From positions 859-64,858 of IMG/VR virus record IMGVR_UViG_2788500396_000001: a stretch of 64,000 nucleotides of DNA; one strand, written 5' to 3'. Source of the DNA: a virus. Lineage: Duplodnaviria > Heunggongvirae > Uroviricota > Caudoviricetes. Of this stretch, positions 44,795 through 55,028 are shown in pieces. Each line of letters opens with the position of its first letter. Within the stretch, counting starts at the first letter, position 1. The notes below the pieces were generated by a model. It searched no databases. It saw nothing but the letters and a program-made list of their open reading frames with translations, and was not told where the DNA came from. A program made the position numbers and the translations under genes.

Positions 44795-45076
44795 CTATGC
44801 CACCTTTCTCTTCACAATCTCCCAAGTATAGATAGTGTCGTTGCAAAATCCAATTCCCATCTTACCAAGGGAGGCATACGTATTGCCTTCGTCACACATA
44901 TCTTCATCCCATTCCCAGTCCGGCCAAATAGACTTAAACTCCTCGATCACTCGATCTCGTTCTTTAATCATATCAGTATGAGCCATGTCAAAGTGTTCTT
45001 CTCCATACACACCGATCACATCCAGTGTTTCAACATCAGGTGTATCACAATGATGTACCAAAACATAAACTACCAT
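44795..45076 (-). CDS. hypothetical small protein
   Basis: 93-aa ORF. Confidence 0.4.
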   Translation of the reverse strand: MVVYVLVHHCDTPDVETLDVIGVYGEEHFDMAHTDMIKERDRVIEEFKSIWPDWEWDEDMCDEGNTYASLGKMGIGFCNDTIYTWEIVKRKVA

Positions 45077-45411
45077 TCTTTATGCACCAACTTTCTCATA
45101 GCTTCAGCCAAATCATCAAGCATGCTTTTGATTTCTTCTGCATCCTCAACCAATTCTCGAATGGATGACGGGATACCATTTTGCCCACGGCCCCCAATCC
45201 ATAGTTCGACGTGCTCGTCCACATCAAAACTATCCGCATAATTTATGATAGAACCAACAACATACGAAGGATCATCATTAGTTGGTATGGAAAAGATAAA
45301 ATCTTCTCCTGCGGGAGAATATGTTTCAAACTCATACTCCCCATCAATAATGCTCACACCCCATCCTTGCGCCTCTGCAATCTCAACGATTTTCATGTCC
45401 GTACTTTTCAT
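45070..45411 (-). CDS. hypothetical small acidic protein
   Basis: The ATG at 45411 has AGAGGGG 7 nt upstream. Confidence 0.4.
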   Translation of the reverse strand: MKSTDMKIVEIAEAQGWGVSIIDGEYEFETYSPAGEDFIFSIPTNDDPSYVVGSIINYADSFDVDEHVELWIGGRGQNGIPSSIRELVEDAEEIKSMLDDLAEAMRKLVHKEW

Positions 45412-45580
45412 TAACGATCCCCTCTTCATCACAAACTAATGTAACGATAATGCCACGAAGACAAAACTTCCATTGATTGATCGCCGGGTTCACATACCAC
45501 TCCACTTCATGATCCACATTCTTGTAGTGACAGTCGTAATATGCCGTAAGCTTCTTATCATAAAAAGATTCTTTCCTCAT
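45383..45580 (-). CDS. hypothetical small protein
   Basis: Only the C-terminal 65 aa (from MRKESFYDKK) looks protein-like. Tiles with 45585..45878. Confidence 0.35.
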   Translation of the reverse strand: MRKESFYDKKLTAYYDCHYKNVDHEVEWYVNPAINQWKFCLRGIIVTLVCDEEGIVNEKYGHENR

Positions 45581-45584
45581 AACA

Positions 45585-45878
45585 CTAAACCTCCATATGA
45601 TCAACAATATTGAGATACGTAATATTCTCGTGCTGAGCGAAAAACTGGCCAAGAGCTTCGTGCATATTGATTGCATCGATGAAACAGTAATAGCGCTCAT
45701 CTCCAACATCGAACACAACCTCAAATCGGCCTAGCTCTTCGATTGAAGTACCATCATCCTCTCGATTGAGATCGGCCATATGTTCTTCGTCGTACATGAT
45801 TCTCCAGTCCTTCATTTTTTCTCCTTTATGAAAATTCCCGAGGAACAACCACTCCATAATTTTGTCGTAAAGTTGCAA
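45585..45878 (-). CDS. hypothetical small protein
   Basis: 97-aa ORF. Confidence 0.4.
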   Translation of the reverse strand: MQLYDKIMEWLFLGNFHKGEKMKDWRIMYDEEHMADLNREDDGTSIEELGRFEVVFDVGDERYYCFIDAINMHEALGQFFAQHENITYLNIVDHMEV

Positions 45879-46047
45879 TTACAGCCTTTTTGCTATAATA
45901 TAAAAACCGATAGTCTTGGTAACATCGAGCTCTGGTATCATAACATACAGCTTCATACCATCCGCAATCCTTATTGAGAAAAATAAGAGTCATGTGCTTT
46001 CCCTGGCTCACACTAAACCACCTTCCACGAATACATTCTGTCTGCAT
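45826..46047 (-). CDS. hypothetical small protein
   Basis: 73-aa ORF. Confidence 0.3.
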   Translation of the reverse strand: MQTECIRGRWFSVSQGKHMTLIFLNKDCGWYEAVCYDTRARCYQDYRFLYYSKKAVIATLRQNYGVVVPREFS

Positions 46048-46300
46048 ATGTCATTCTATTTCTGACAAATACATTGTTCCCAAGTGCTTGCATAGTTCTT
46101 AGAAGCGGGGCGTATTCACGCGGAGATACATATTGGCTATCAAAATAGTCTCTCATTGGCCTCTCGTCAAATCCGGTTTCACTAAAAACCATAATATTCC
46201 CGTACTGCACAGGATGTCTTAACAAAAAGCCAACAACTTGACCATCAAGCTTTTTAAAAATTACCGGGACCTGATCTGGCTTAGTTCTCCGCCTTCCCAC
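46013..46300 (-). CDS. hypothetical small protein
   Basis: 95-aa ORF. Confidence 0.35.
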   Translation of the reverse strand: MGRRRTKPDQVPVIFKKLDGQVVGFLLRHPVQYGNIMVFSETGFDERPMRDYFDSQYVSPREYAPLLRTMQALGNNVFVRNRMTYADRMYSWKVV

Positions 46301-47189
46301 AGTTCATCAACATCCTTTCAAAGTCTCCGGATTTTACTTTATTGAAGCCAACTCGATACGCGATATCGGTTCTATCGTTGTTTTCTACGCGATTCGTATA
46401 TCTGTACTCGTGGATGATGTGATTGTCATCATCAACAAGATATTTGATCGGTATGATTGAACAATTCATCATTCTGGTATCAGTAGGGAGGGGGAGCTCA
46501 TCCCATTCTTGGCGAGAAATATAATAGCAATCCTTCTTGTAAGTAAAGACTACATACGTCTTGCCGGAATCGCCTATGCTGCCTTCAAACTCAACGCCAT
46601 GATACGTAGAGAGCCATGCAAAGTATTCTGCATCAGTTTTGAAAGCGACCCCATCTCCAACATATCGATAACCAAACTCGTCAGGCTTGCTTAGATGATG
46701 CACACAATGCCGTTCCCAATCCTTGGTTGTGTATTCTCCATATTTAAGATCCGGAGAAATATATTCCCATACACTTACTTCTGCCTGAAAATCGATTGCT
46801 CCATCTGCGCACGGACCGCAATGTCCCCAATCGCAGAAATACTTAAGTTCTTTTCCAACATATCGAAGATCAGAAGATTTATAAAATCCCCAAGCCCCGC
46901 CGCTTGTCGTAAAATGCAGTGCATCATCTGCGACATAAACAAACGGAATGTAGGGAGATTCACAAATATGTAATTCACCTTTGGCATCAGATTCAATGTG
47001 GGCATGAGGGTAATACTCGCTCCATTTGTTGGTCAGGCGCACTACATCACCGGCCATAGGACTGTCCTTTCTGCTGGATTCAATGTATTTAATCAGAGCG
47101 TTGATATGGTCAACATCATCCTGAGTAATTCGAAAGTGTGCCCGCACAAACCGATGGTTAATATCGGACAGTGATTCGATGGTATACAT
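46281..47189 (-). CDS. hypothetical protein (302 aa)
   Basis: Long ORF, Cys/His-rich. Confidence 0.5.
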   Translation of the reverse strand: MYTIESLSDINHRFVRAHFRITQDDVDHINALIKYIESSRKDSPMAGDVVRLTNKWSEYYPHAHIESDAKGELHICESPYIPFVYVADDALHFTTSGGAWGFYKSSDLRYVGKELKYFCDWGHCGPCADGAIDFQAEVSVWEYISPDLKYGEYTTKDWERHCVHHLSKPDEFGYRYVGDGVAFKTDAEYFAWLSTYHGVEFEGSIGDSGKTYVVFTYKKDCYYISRQEWDELPLPTDTRMMNCSIIPIKYLVDDDNHIIHEYRYTNRVENNDRTDIAYRVGFNKVKSGDFERMLMNCGKAEN

Positions 47190-47203
47190 TTATATATCCC
47201 TCC

Positions 47204-47602
47204 TTATATCTTATAGAGTGTAAGATTCCATCCGTTTCCAAGTTCATAATAGAGGTCATATTCGGCAAGCAATTCATCAAATTCCTGAGAAATATACCAT
47301 CCATAGTCTCCTGCATCGCCGTTCATGCAGGCATAAAACGGGCCTTCAAAAGACATGGATAAAATATGATTTGGGTTAACGTACTCAAAGTAATCATGAG
47401 GATCTTGGTCTTCAACAATAATCGGAGCCTCATTATATGAGCATTTCCATTCTCCGTTTACTTCGCCACAAGACATCATTGCCCTGCAGTTATAGTAGAT
47501 TGTTACATCAATCCACATATCATTTTTTATAAGAAATTCATAAATGCGGTTTGCAAGTTCTTCGCATCGTGCAGCCGGCCAATCCTTATCGTTTTTATAC
47601 AT
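47204..47602 (-). CDS. hypothetical protein
   Basis: 132-aa ORF. Confidence 0.45.
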   Translation of the reverse strand: MYKNDKDWPAARCEELANRIYEFLIKNDMWIDVTIYYNCRAMMSCGEVNGEWKCSYNEAPIIVEDQDPHDYFEYVNPNHILSMSFEGPFYACMNGDAGDYGWYISQEFDELLAEYDLYYELGNGWNLTLYKI

Positions 47603-47606
47603 GAAT

Positions 47607-47996
47607 TCATCCCTCCGTATCGATTAGAAGGTCCTCTCCGTTCGGCAATTCAACCTCAAATTTTCCTCCTTCGCTTTTAAAATAAGCAATTCCAGGAACT
47701 TCTACGACTTTACCATACTCTAGTCCATCATACTTTCCCACCAGCTCCAAAGGAACCAAGCCAATCACTCCAGCATCAACGGGAAATTCACTGCCGTCAT
47801 TGCCGAGGTAACACCCGTCGCCATACGCCGTACCAGCAACAGCAAAATGCAGGTGTGTCTTCGGATCTTTGAAGATGCCATCTTTATAACCATACCATTT
47901 CCCCCACACATTGTGGTAAAGCTCGTCGCCCAGAACATAGCAGATATCTCCAACATAGAACCCTTTACGAGAGGGGATATTTCCAGAAACACTCAT
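47607..47996 (-). CDS. hypothetical protein
   Basis: 129-aa ORF. Confidence 0.45.
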   Translation of the reverse strand: MSVSGNIPSRKGFYVGDICYVLGDELYHNVWGKWYGYKDGIFKDPKTHLHFAVAGTAYGDGCYLGNDGSEFPVDAGVIGLVPLELVGKYDGLEYGKVVEVPGIAYFKSEGGKFEVELPNGEDLLIDTEG

Positions 47997-48104
47997 TATT
48001 CATTCTCCTTTCAAGTGATAAAAGAAAGATTTTATTGCCTTATGATCTCGGCGGATCGTCCAGCATAGGAATCATATATTTTGTAATCATTTATGTATCA
48101 TCCT

Positions 48105-48338
48105 TTACAATGAGGTATATTCCGTCATACGATCCGGACCACGTTGAATGGTGTACAACATCCTGATATAACGGTAGTGTTTGTCATCTGCAAACCACCG
48201 TTCAATATCTGGGAGATCAATGAAGTGGTCAGGGAATCCTCTCTCATTGATCATTGTGCCGACCAGCTCCTTTACTGTTTCCGCAATTACGATCTGCCTG
48301 CCGGTTTCTCCCGGCAGAACAAACTCTGCTTTAAACAT
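48105..48338 (-). CDS. hypothetical small protein
   Basis: 77-aa ORF. Confidence 0.4.
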   Translation of the reverse strand: MFKAEFVLPGETGRQIVIAETVKELVGTMINERGFPDHFIDLPDIERWFADDKHYRYIRMLYTIQRGPDRMTEYTSL

Positions 48339-48446
48339 ATCAAACCACCTCTTTGGTTTTAGTGTGTGATCTGAAGCAAAAGGTAAGTTCCTTCATAGTT
48401 TCCGGATAGATTATCTTCATATGTGCCATAAAACCCTCCATAAGTT

Positions 48447-49043
48447 TTAGATATGGCAATCCACAATTGTGATGTGCCAATTGTTTTTAATGGCAGGTTC
48501 AATGAAGTTCTTCCAATACTGATTCTTAAATGTACGGCCTTCATCCGGAGATTCGGAACTACATCCAAACCATCCCATTTCTCCAGGTGCGTTCCATTCT
48601 CCATCCGGAGTAATCACAGCATAAGTCGAGAACATCGTATTGGCGTTGATATAATCTTCCTCTGTCGGATAAAGCTTCTGGAAATACTCTGGCTTGTACC
48701 ACTTTCTAGCTGAACAGGCCTCAAACGGTTCCAGCTCCTTGAGTCGCTCCTGTTCCATACCATACCAATCTACCTGAGAAGCGAATGCGTGATCGCATTT
48801 CTTCCCATCAACCAGAAGAAGACCGCTCCAACGTCCTCCGATAGAATACCAATCCCACTTAGCATTCGGATTAAACCAATAGCCTCTAATGCCCTTGATA
48901 TCATCCACCTCGTAGTCGTCGTCCTCTTCAAACTCCAGATAGTCCATAGGACACTCATCAAGACCACCCTCCTGAAATGGAGCAAGAAGCTCGTCAACCT
49001 CAGCGCCAGTAGGTGTAAAAACGGCAACAGTAAAATGGCTCAT
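48447..49043 (-). CDS. hypothetical protein
   Basis: 198-aa ORF, Trp/Tyr-rich. Confidence 0.45.
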   Translation of the reverse strand: MSHFTVAVFTPTGAEVDELLAPFQEGGLDECPMDYLEFEEDDDYEVDDIKGIRGYWFNPNAKWDWYSIGGRWSGLLLVDGKKCDHAFASQVDWYGMEQERLKELEPFEACSARKWYKPEYFQKLYPTEEDYINANTMFSTYAVITPDGEWNAPGEMGWFGCSSESPDEGRTFKNQYWKNFIEPAIKNNWHITIVDCHI

Positions 49044-49061
49044 ACATATCCTCCTTAAATA

Positions 49062-49331
49062 TCAATCAAAAAATTCTCCAGCATCATTCAACTTGAAGAT
49101 CTTCCAATCGAAGTTATTCCCATGACGCTCTGTCCAAGCAGTATTCTCAAGAACACAGGTCTGATCATCATAGTCATCTCCAGACAAATACGACTCAACG
49201 ATCTCTTCCTTGTTTACACCGAGAACATCTGCTACGCACTGGCACATTTCGGAATGAGCATCTTCATGTGTGTCAAAAAAGATAGGAGCGGAAATATCCC
49301 GCTCCATTACTTCAACCAACAGATATTTCAT
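49062..49331 (-). CDS. hypothetical small acidic protein
   Basis: 89-aa ORF. Confidence 0.4.
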   Translation of the reverse strand: MKYLLVEVMERDISAPIFFDTHEDAHSEMCQCVADVLGVNKEEIVESYLSGDDYDDQTCVLENTAWTERHGNNFDWKIFKLNDAGEFFD

Positions 49332-49342
49332 GGTTATTCTCC

Positions 49343-49639
49343 TTACATATTCAGGACTTTATTGCTTACGCGGTATACACATTCCCAGCCATTCTTACGC
49401 AAAAAGTGAAGAACGGCATTCTTGCCAGCCGGATAAAACTCACCTTTTACAGGAAGAGGGTTGACAGGACAGTTGATCTTGGCGACAAGAGCCCCGTTAT
49501 CATCCAGGCCAAATGTCAAAACAAGATTCACTCTGGTGTTTCCCTCGGCATACAGCGGAGTAGCAGTTCTACGCGCTTCATAAAACGGGGCAAGCTGCGT
49601 AACCTTCTGGAACACATAAATATCAGTCTTACGAATCAT
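49343..49639 (-). CDS. hypothetical small protein
   Basis: 98-aa ORF. Confidence 0.4.
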   Translation of the reverse strand: MIRKTDIYVFQKVTQLAPFYEARRTATPLYAEGNTRVNLVLTFGLDDNGALVAKINCPVNPLPVKGEFYPAGKNAVLHFLRKNGWECVYRVSNKVLNM

Positions 49640-49828
49640 CGAACTTCCTCCTTAGTAATTATTAACGTTCACCCTTGTTGCCCGCACAACCTTCGCATCA
49701 TCAAATCGGCTTGCATAAACCTCGGCCTGAATACGAGCTGCGGACTCGCAGGCATCACGGAAATACTTAACTTCTGAACAGCTTTTTCTGCGGATGATAA
49801 AAGCGTAATTTTGTTGCTTCATCAACCG

Positions 49829-50131
49829 TCACCCTTTCATTGCGTCGGCCAAAGTTTCTTTTGCAAGTTTTGTTCTAGCCAGCTTATCTGCAAGCCTCTC
49901 AACCGCAGCGTTGATGATGGCATCTTTATGCTCGTCAATAATTGCGTTGACACGATCTGCCACAAACTCTCGAATGGGGGCGTCAGATTGATATCCATAT
50001 CTTTTGGTATAAAGAATGCTTTCAACATCCTTTGTAATTTTATCAATCACCTGTTTGGCCGCCTGAGCCTCTACCAGCTCAGTGATGCGAGCATCATCAA
50101 AATCAAAAGCAAACTGAACAATATGGCTCAT
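49829..50131 (-). CDS. hypothetical small protein
   Basis: 100-aa ORF, helical. Confidence 0.4.
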   Translation of the reverse strand: MSHIVQFAFDFDDARITELVEAQAAKQVIDKITKDVESILYTKRYGYQSDAPIREFVADRVNAIIDEHKDAIINAAVERLADKLARTKLAKETLADAMKG

Positions 50132-50173
50132 AATTGACCTCCTTGTTTATGTAAGGGGCAGCGCCCCTCATTG

Positions 50174-51079
50174 TTACTGTACAATTTCCACCTCGTAGCC
50201 AAGAGCAGCGCATACTTCTGCGACTGTCATCTTCTTGGGTTCTTTGCGTTCAAAAACCAGATCGCACCGATCTAAAATCGATTCAACATTGTTGAAAGAC
50301 GCCATAATATCAGCGGACATATGGTGAGGGCGATAAACCTTCATAATGTCAAACCGGTCATCGCCGGTATCAGTCGTAAGATCGTCACAATAATAATCAG
50401 TGTTCGTGTCTATACAATGTTTGCAAAATCCGGCCATATCCCCGCCATCAAAATACATATACCAGAGCCCGTGCCTGGTTTTTACCAGATCTCCAGAGCG
50501 AAAATCGCTAAGTGTGAAAGAAGCCAAACCTTTGATCATATGAGGAAACCACGACCACATGCCGTTATCTTCTTTCATGATGTATGCGTCATCCTCAATA
50601 TAATCAATAGTCATTGTGCGGCCGAGCCATTTGTCCATACGTCCATCCGGGTTCCATCTTTCGCCAATTGCGCTGCCGACAATCTCCACTCTATCTCCAG
50701 GCTTATAAAACATATCTTTTACCTCCTCAAACCTACATCCAGTGTTTGCCTCCAGCCACTGGATCGCGTTGTCATATCCGCAAGGGTCAAACACTTCACC
50801 GCCATTGTTTTCAACAAATCCATTGTCATCAACGGAATAAATGAATCCTTCCGTAAAATCATAACCCGTATTCTTGATGCATCTATATGGGCGCTTCACA
50901 CGTTCAAAACGAATGCCTGTATGACTCTCAATCCAATCAACCCCATCCCTGCATGAGCCAGGGAAAAATGCAGAGTGGTTGTTTCCGGACAAAACGCCAT
51001 GCTCGTCCATGTAATATATACAGTTTTCGCTAAATGCAGTAGATGCGGAAGATTCTTTTACGCACTTCCAGTAGCTCAT
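50174..51079 (-). CDS. hypothetical protein with internal tandem repeat domain
   Basis: Two about 35-aa repeats (..DGVDWIESHTGIRFERVK / ..DNAIQWLEANTGCRFEEVK). Confidence 0.5.
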   Translation of the reverse strand: MSYWKCVKESSASTAFSENCIYYMDEHGVLSGNNHSAFFPGSCRDGVDWIESHTGIRFERVKRPYRCIKNTGYDFTEGFIYSVDDNGFVENNGGEVFDPCGYDNAIQWLEANTGCRFEEVKDMFYKPGDRVEIVGSAIGERWNPDGRMDKWLGRTMTIDYIEDDAYIMKEDNGMWSWFPHMIKGLASFTLSDFRSGDLVKTRHGLWYMYFDGGDMAGFCKHCIDTNTDYYCDDLTTDTGDDRFDIMKVYRPHHMSADIMASFNNVESILDRCDLVFERKEPKKMTVAEVCAALGYEVEIVQ

Positions 51080-51243
51080 ATCAGTTCCTCCATAGAAGTT
51101 TCATTTTATACCTGGATGCGGGCTTCTGCCATTTGGTCGATCTGTACGGCAGATGAGCGGCCACAACTCAGCATGGCTTGCAGTTCTTCGGTCGTAACAG
51201 CAATTTTCTTATCGGTAGGAATATTACTTTTTTTTGGTAGCGA

Positions 51244-51906
51244 TCATTGGGTGTCCTCCATATCCTTTGGGGATTTCTTAACGGTTATGAAGTCATACTC
51301 TCCACTCTTTTGGATGATCATGGCGCAAAGTTGATTTCCAAAGACACAACCTCCGTCAATACCAATGTCGCCGGTTCGCGGAAAGCAAGGAACTTCTCTA
51401 AATGGGGTATGGCCGAAAATTACGCGCTTTTCGCGGGGCCTGGCGTCAATTTCAAGCCATGTTCTGCCCCAGAGCAAATCTTCTTCGCTGTTGCTAATCA
51501 AATCAGGATGGGTAAGGCCGGCATGACAGAAAATAAACTGTTCCGTTTGATGGTACAAAGGCAGAGACCGAAACCATCCAAATTCTTCCTGGATTTCTGC
51601 TCCATTTCTTGCGTAGTCATAAAGTGTAAACATTCCGCCATTGCGCATCCAGACAGCATGGGAATAGTTTGTAGGGAGCGATTCGTGATTCCCCCGAAGA
51701 CAGATTACTTTGTCTTTTCCTACCTGATTCTGGAGCTTTTGAAGGGTTTTGACTACCTTATAACTAAACGGGCCACGATCAATGTAGTCTCCCAAGAAAA
51801 TCAGGGTGTCGGTGGCACTGTTATAATTAACCTTGAGCAGTAGATCTACCATGGTATGGTAGCAGCCATGGATATCCCCAATAGCTATAATGCGTTTACT
51901 CTCCAT
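51244..51906 (-). CDS. PPP-family Ser/Thr protein phosphatase / ApaH-like metallophosphatase
   Basis: IAIGDIHGC, GDYIDRG, LRGNHE. Confidence 0.75.
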   Translation of the reverse strand: MESKRIIAIGDIHGCYHTMVDLLLKVNYNSATDTLIFLGDYIDRGPFSYKVVKTLQKLQNQVGKDKVICLRGNHESLPTNYSHAVWMRNGGMFTLYDYARNGAEIQEEFGWFRSLPLYHQTEQFIFCHAGLTHPDLISNSEEDLLWGRTWLEIDARPREKRVIFGHTPFREVPCFPRTGDIGIDGGCVFGNQLCAMIIQKSGEYDFITVKKSPKDMEDTQ

Positions 51907-51910
51907 ACTG

Positions 51911-52183
51911 TCAATTCACCTCCGGGATCAAATGGAAAAACTCAGTATGACTACCAACATCAAAAACGGTTACACCATCTTTATTCCAGATGCGGACATA
52001 GTAAATTTTGAAATTGCGCTCGGCAGCAAACGCCCGGATATGCAACATAGCCTCAGACCGGATTTTTTTGTCAGTCTTAGCTCTACCATCGTGGTCGTAG
52101 GCATAGATTTTGGCAATCTCTCTGGTGCAACCGCCTACAAATACAAGGGAGTGATGCGCCGGTTCAAGAGTTTTCTTTGCCAT
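51911..52183 (-). CDS. hypothetical small protein
   Basis: Start moved to the internal ATG (MAKKTLEP) so that it tiles with 52200..52481. Confidence 0.35.
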   Translation of the reverse strand: MAKKTLEPAHHSLVFVGGCTREIAKIYAYDHDGRAKTDKKIRSEAMLHIRAFAAERNFKIYYVRIWNKDGVTVFDVGSHTEFFHLIPEVN

Positions 52184-52199
52184 GTTATCACCTTGAATA

Positions 52200-52481
52200 T
52201 CAATTTTCCCCCGGCACTTCAATGGCATGAACTTCAATTCTCCAGTGATCCATCTCGTCGAACATTCTGATGGTAGCGGAGCTGATAGTGCAAACGCATT
52301 CATCATCGTCTCCGTGTCCAGATCCAAAATACTCATAATCTTCAACTGCCTGTGACCACTGAGAAACCATCTCATTAAAAGCACTCTCATGAGAGGTATG
52401 TGCAGAAACATCAGACCACCAACTGTTATCTCCATCCATATCATGGACAAGTAGATATATAACAACTTTCTTCATATCCAC
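52200..52481 (-). CDS. hypothetical small acidic protein
   Basis: 93-aa ORF. Confidence 0.4.
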   Translation of the reverse strand: MDMKKVVIYLLVHDMDGDNSWWSDVSAHTSHESAFNEMVSQWSQAVEDYEYFGSGHGDDDECVCTISSATIRMFDEMDHWRIEVHAIEVPGEN

Positions 52482-52509
52482 GGTACCAGCTCCCTATAAA
52501 ATAATTGTT

Positions 52510-52815
52510 TTATTCCCATCCCTGATCTGGATTCAAGAGATTGGCAAGAATTTCTGCTCGGATGCCACGAGCGCAATTCTTAAGTGCCTCATATCCATCT
52601 CTTGTCCCAGGGAAATAATGTTTTGGCCAAAACCTATCAACGAAGTTTTCGCACATCACATCAAGATGGAATCCGTCCCATCCATCTTCCATATAAGTAA
52701 ATCTGCAATACACATGCTGGTAAACGCCGAACAAAACATAAGAACATTCTCCATTCTTGCCCTGTTCTAAAACTTCTTCATATGACGGAAAGTGTAAATC
52801 CATCTTTATCACCAC
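52510..52815 (-). CDS. hypothetical small protein
   Basis: 101-aa ORF. Confidence 0.4.
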   Translation of the reverse strand: MVIKMDLHFPSYEEVLEQGKNGECSYVLFGVYQHVYCRFTYMEDGWDGFHLDVMCENFVDRFWPKHYFPGTRDGYEALKNCARGIRAEILANLLNPDQGWE

Positions 52816-52880
52816 CCTTAATGCTCATCCCTGCCGTCCTCTGGTGAGGGCGGCAGAGTCAACATTAAGCACGCGGCCTA

Positions 52881-52913
52881 AATCAAAAAACGGTAACGCA
52901 CGCAGCGTTTACC
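52881..52913 (-). terminator. intrinsic terminator (GGTAAACGC..GCGTTACC hairpin + U6) downstream of 52945..53136
   Basis: On the minus strand the hairpin is followed by gTTTTTTGATTT. Confidence 0.5.
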
Positions 52914-52944
52914 CCGCCCTCTTTGCGTTGTGCTTACTTTTTTA

Positions 52945-53136
52945 TCAGTTCTTGGTATAGAACACGTTCCCGCATTCCTTTCCGTCCTTCTTGCCGGGGC
53001 AAATGTACACGTTCGTACCGGCAGGGTGGACCATTTCGGTGCCGCACTTGCGGCACTTCTTTACCTTCTCCTGGCGGGGAAGGGGAGCCTTCACACCAAA
53101 AATCTTACCGAGCTCAGAAATGGAAACAGTCTTCAT
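52945..53136 (-). CDS. small zinc-ribbon protein, paralog of 63140..63331
   Basis: MKTVSISELGKIFGVKAPLP...CRKCGTEMVHPAGTNVYICPG parallels MKTVTMNELAKTYGVEAPKP...CKKCGGIMTNVPGTNLFVCQG. Confidence 0.5.
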   Translation of the reverse strand: MKTVSISELGKIFGVKAPLPRQEKVKKCRKCGTEMVHPAGTNVYICPGKKDGKECGNVFYTKN

Positions 53137-53244
53137 ATTAGATTCTCCTTTGTGATTTTGTTTTTAATGAGAGGGGATACCCCCTCAACAACTGTGCATA
53201 ATATTATATATCACAGTTTATATATATTTTAAACGTCGGCGCTA

Positions 53245-54021
53245 TTACGCTACCAGAAGCTGAGAGAGTGCGCTCGTAGCTCCGCGACCGGGGAAAGTCG
53301 TGTATGCTTCCGCCATCACATCGTCAAACGAACGGTTTCTCACGATCTCCTTTGCGACGCGAACCATCTTTTCAGCATCTCCAACATAGGAGAGGAGACG
53401 GCACAGAGACCGCAGAGAGACGCTGCTATAACCACCCTTGGTATAATGCCACCCGATCTCATCGATCGTCTTCAGGATGGAGATAACGGCATCTCGACCA
53501 TAGGTGGCATAGATTCGAGTAAGTGCGTTGATAGCAGAGCAACAACCAGGACCGTGTCTGCGACTGCTGGTGAGCGTCACATCGAGATCCTTGCAGATCT
53601 CAAAGATATCCTTTGCGTATCCGTATCCGGCCTCTGCCTTAGCGCGAAGACGCTGCAGAACCGTCAGGACACGGACATTTTCCATCTGGTCTGCGAAGTA
53701 GTCGGCTTCTTCCTCATAGGTCATCTCGAAAATGACGCAGGTGAGGTCTCTCTTTCCAATCAGCTTGGCCGCTGCCATACGATGCTGGCCATCAACTACA
53801 TAAAAAGCGCCGTCCCGGAAAGAAACGATCAGAGGATCGCACTTGCGGTTGTCCCAGTTCTGTGCGATGGTCTTGACGGTGGAACCTTCCTGCCGCTGAT
53901 AATCAGCAAGTTGCAGGAGCTCAATGGGAATCTGGGCGATGAGCTTACCGTCGTAGTTCTTGGCGTTGCTCATAACGGCGGCACAAGCGGTAGTGTTGAT
54001 AGAGCTGATGATGGCGTTCAT
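53245..54021 (-). CDS. ParB-like nuclease domain protein (DGQHR family)
   Basis: FYVVDGQHRMAAAKL. GC-rich gene. Confidence 0.6.
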   Translation of the reverse strand: MNAIISSINTTACAAVMSNAKNYDGKLIAQIPIELLQLADYQRQEGSTVKTIAQNWDNRKCDPLIVSFRDGAFYVVDGQHRMAAAKLIGKRDLTCVIFEMTYEEEADYFADQMENVRVLTVLQRLRAKAEAGYGYAKDIFEICKDLDVTLTSSRRHGPGCCSAINALTRIYATYGRDAVISILKTIDEIGWHYTKGGYSSVSLRSLCRLLSYVGDAEKMVRVAKEIVRNRSFDDVMAEAYTTFPGRGATSALSQLLVA

Positions 54022-54083
54022 GTGTAAATCCTCCTTAAATATGTAAAGCGCCCTAATGGGCGCTTCTTAACTGTAGTATTATG

Positions 54084-54725
54084 TTATTTGGATGCGATCT
54101 TATATCCAGGCAGAAGCATCCCGTTGACCTTGAAGCAATCGGCATACTCCTTCGGAATTTCTGGATAAATCTCAGCAAAAAGATGCTGATAAGCCCTGAT
54201 TCTTCCTGCAAGATATTTATCCAGTCCTTCCATTGTCGTAAATACTTTCCGGTCCTGCCCAGCAATCTTCATTTGCATGGAAGACCTCGGAGCATTGGTA
54301 TAAATACTCCAGCGCAAAGTCCACGAATATGGAACAACTCTCTGAAGCTGACTGTTGTATCTGGTGTTTTCAGAAATGGAGTAGGACATCTGATACACAG
54401 CATTGCTGATTATGTACCGATATCCATCATCTACCCACTGGTTCGACGTGTGCTTAGATGCCGGAGTTTTCAGATACTCAATTGCTTTGTCATATAAGAG
54501 TGTCACTCCAGCTTGCTGTTCCCATTTTTCCGCCAGACTTTTCAGTTGGATGAACACTTCCCGCTCCGCCTCCACACTTTTTTCTCTGGAGGCGACCAGA
54601 TCTTGGAGCGGGGCAGAAAGAAGATCTTCAACATTGCTTTCTTGTTCGTTTTCATAGATGATATGCTCCACACGAATCGAACTCGCAGGTTTCAATTCAT
54701 CTCGATCATATGCATGGTATGTCAT
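54084..54725 (-). CDS. hypothetical protein
   Basis: 213-aa ORF. Confidence 0.45.
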   Translation of the reverse strand: MTYHAYDRDELKPASSIRVEHIIYENEQESNVEDLLSAPLQDLVASREKSVEAEREVFIQLKSLAEKWEQQAGVTLLYDKAIEYLKTPASKHTSNQWVDDGYRYIISNAVYQMSYSISENTRYNSQLQRVVPYSWTLRWSIYTNAPRSSMQMKIAGQDRKVFTTMEGLDKYLAGRIRAYQHLFAEIYPEIPKEYADCFKVNGMLLPGYKIASK

Positions 54726-54734
54726 AAACCCTCC

Positions 54735-54998
54735 TTATCTAATGTATTGACTGGGATCGGCTCCGGGAACATCCCAGCCGCACATACTACCTACCTCCAT
54801 GGCTTGCCGCTGCCACATATTCACACCCAACTGTTCGTTCAGCTGGTCGGCCAGTTCCACATTCTTCTCTTTGTCACCAGTGTCCCATTCGGAAGGGTAG
54901 TAACCAACCTCTCCACGTTTGATGCAGATGAGGTCTCCGGTAGTCAGAAGGGTGGAGAAGCACATCTCAGGAAGCCCAGGTGCGCATTTTTCTTTCAT
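54735..54998 (-). CDS. hypothetical small protein
   Basis: 87-aa ORF. Confidence 0.4.
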   Translation of the reverse strand: MKEKCAPGLPEMCFSTLLTTGDLICIKRGEVGYYPSEWDTGDKEKNVELADQLNEQLGVNMWQRQAMEVGSMCGWDVPGADPSQYIR

Positions 54999-55028
54999 AA
55001 CACCATCCTCACTTATAGGAAACTTATT

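Noticed and set aside
45383-45724. N-terminal 48 aa of ORF 45383..45724
   Set aside because: This part overlaps 45585..45878 and looks non-coding (Ser/Leu/Ile-rich). Only the C-terminal part from MRKESFYDKK was kept.
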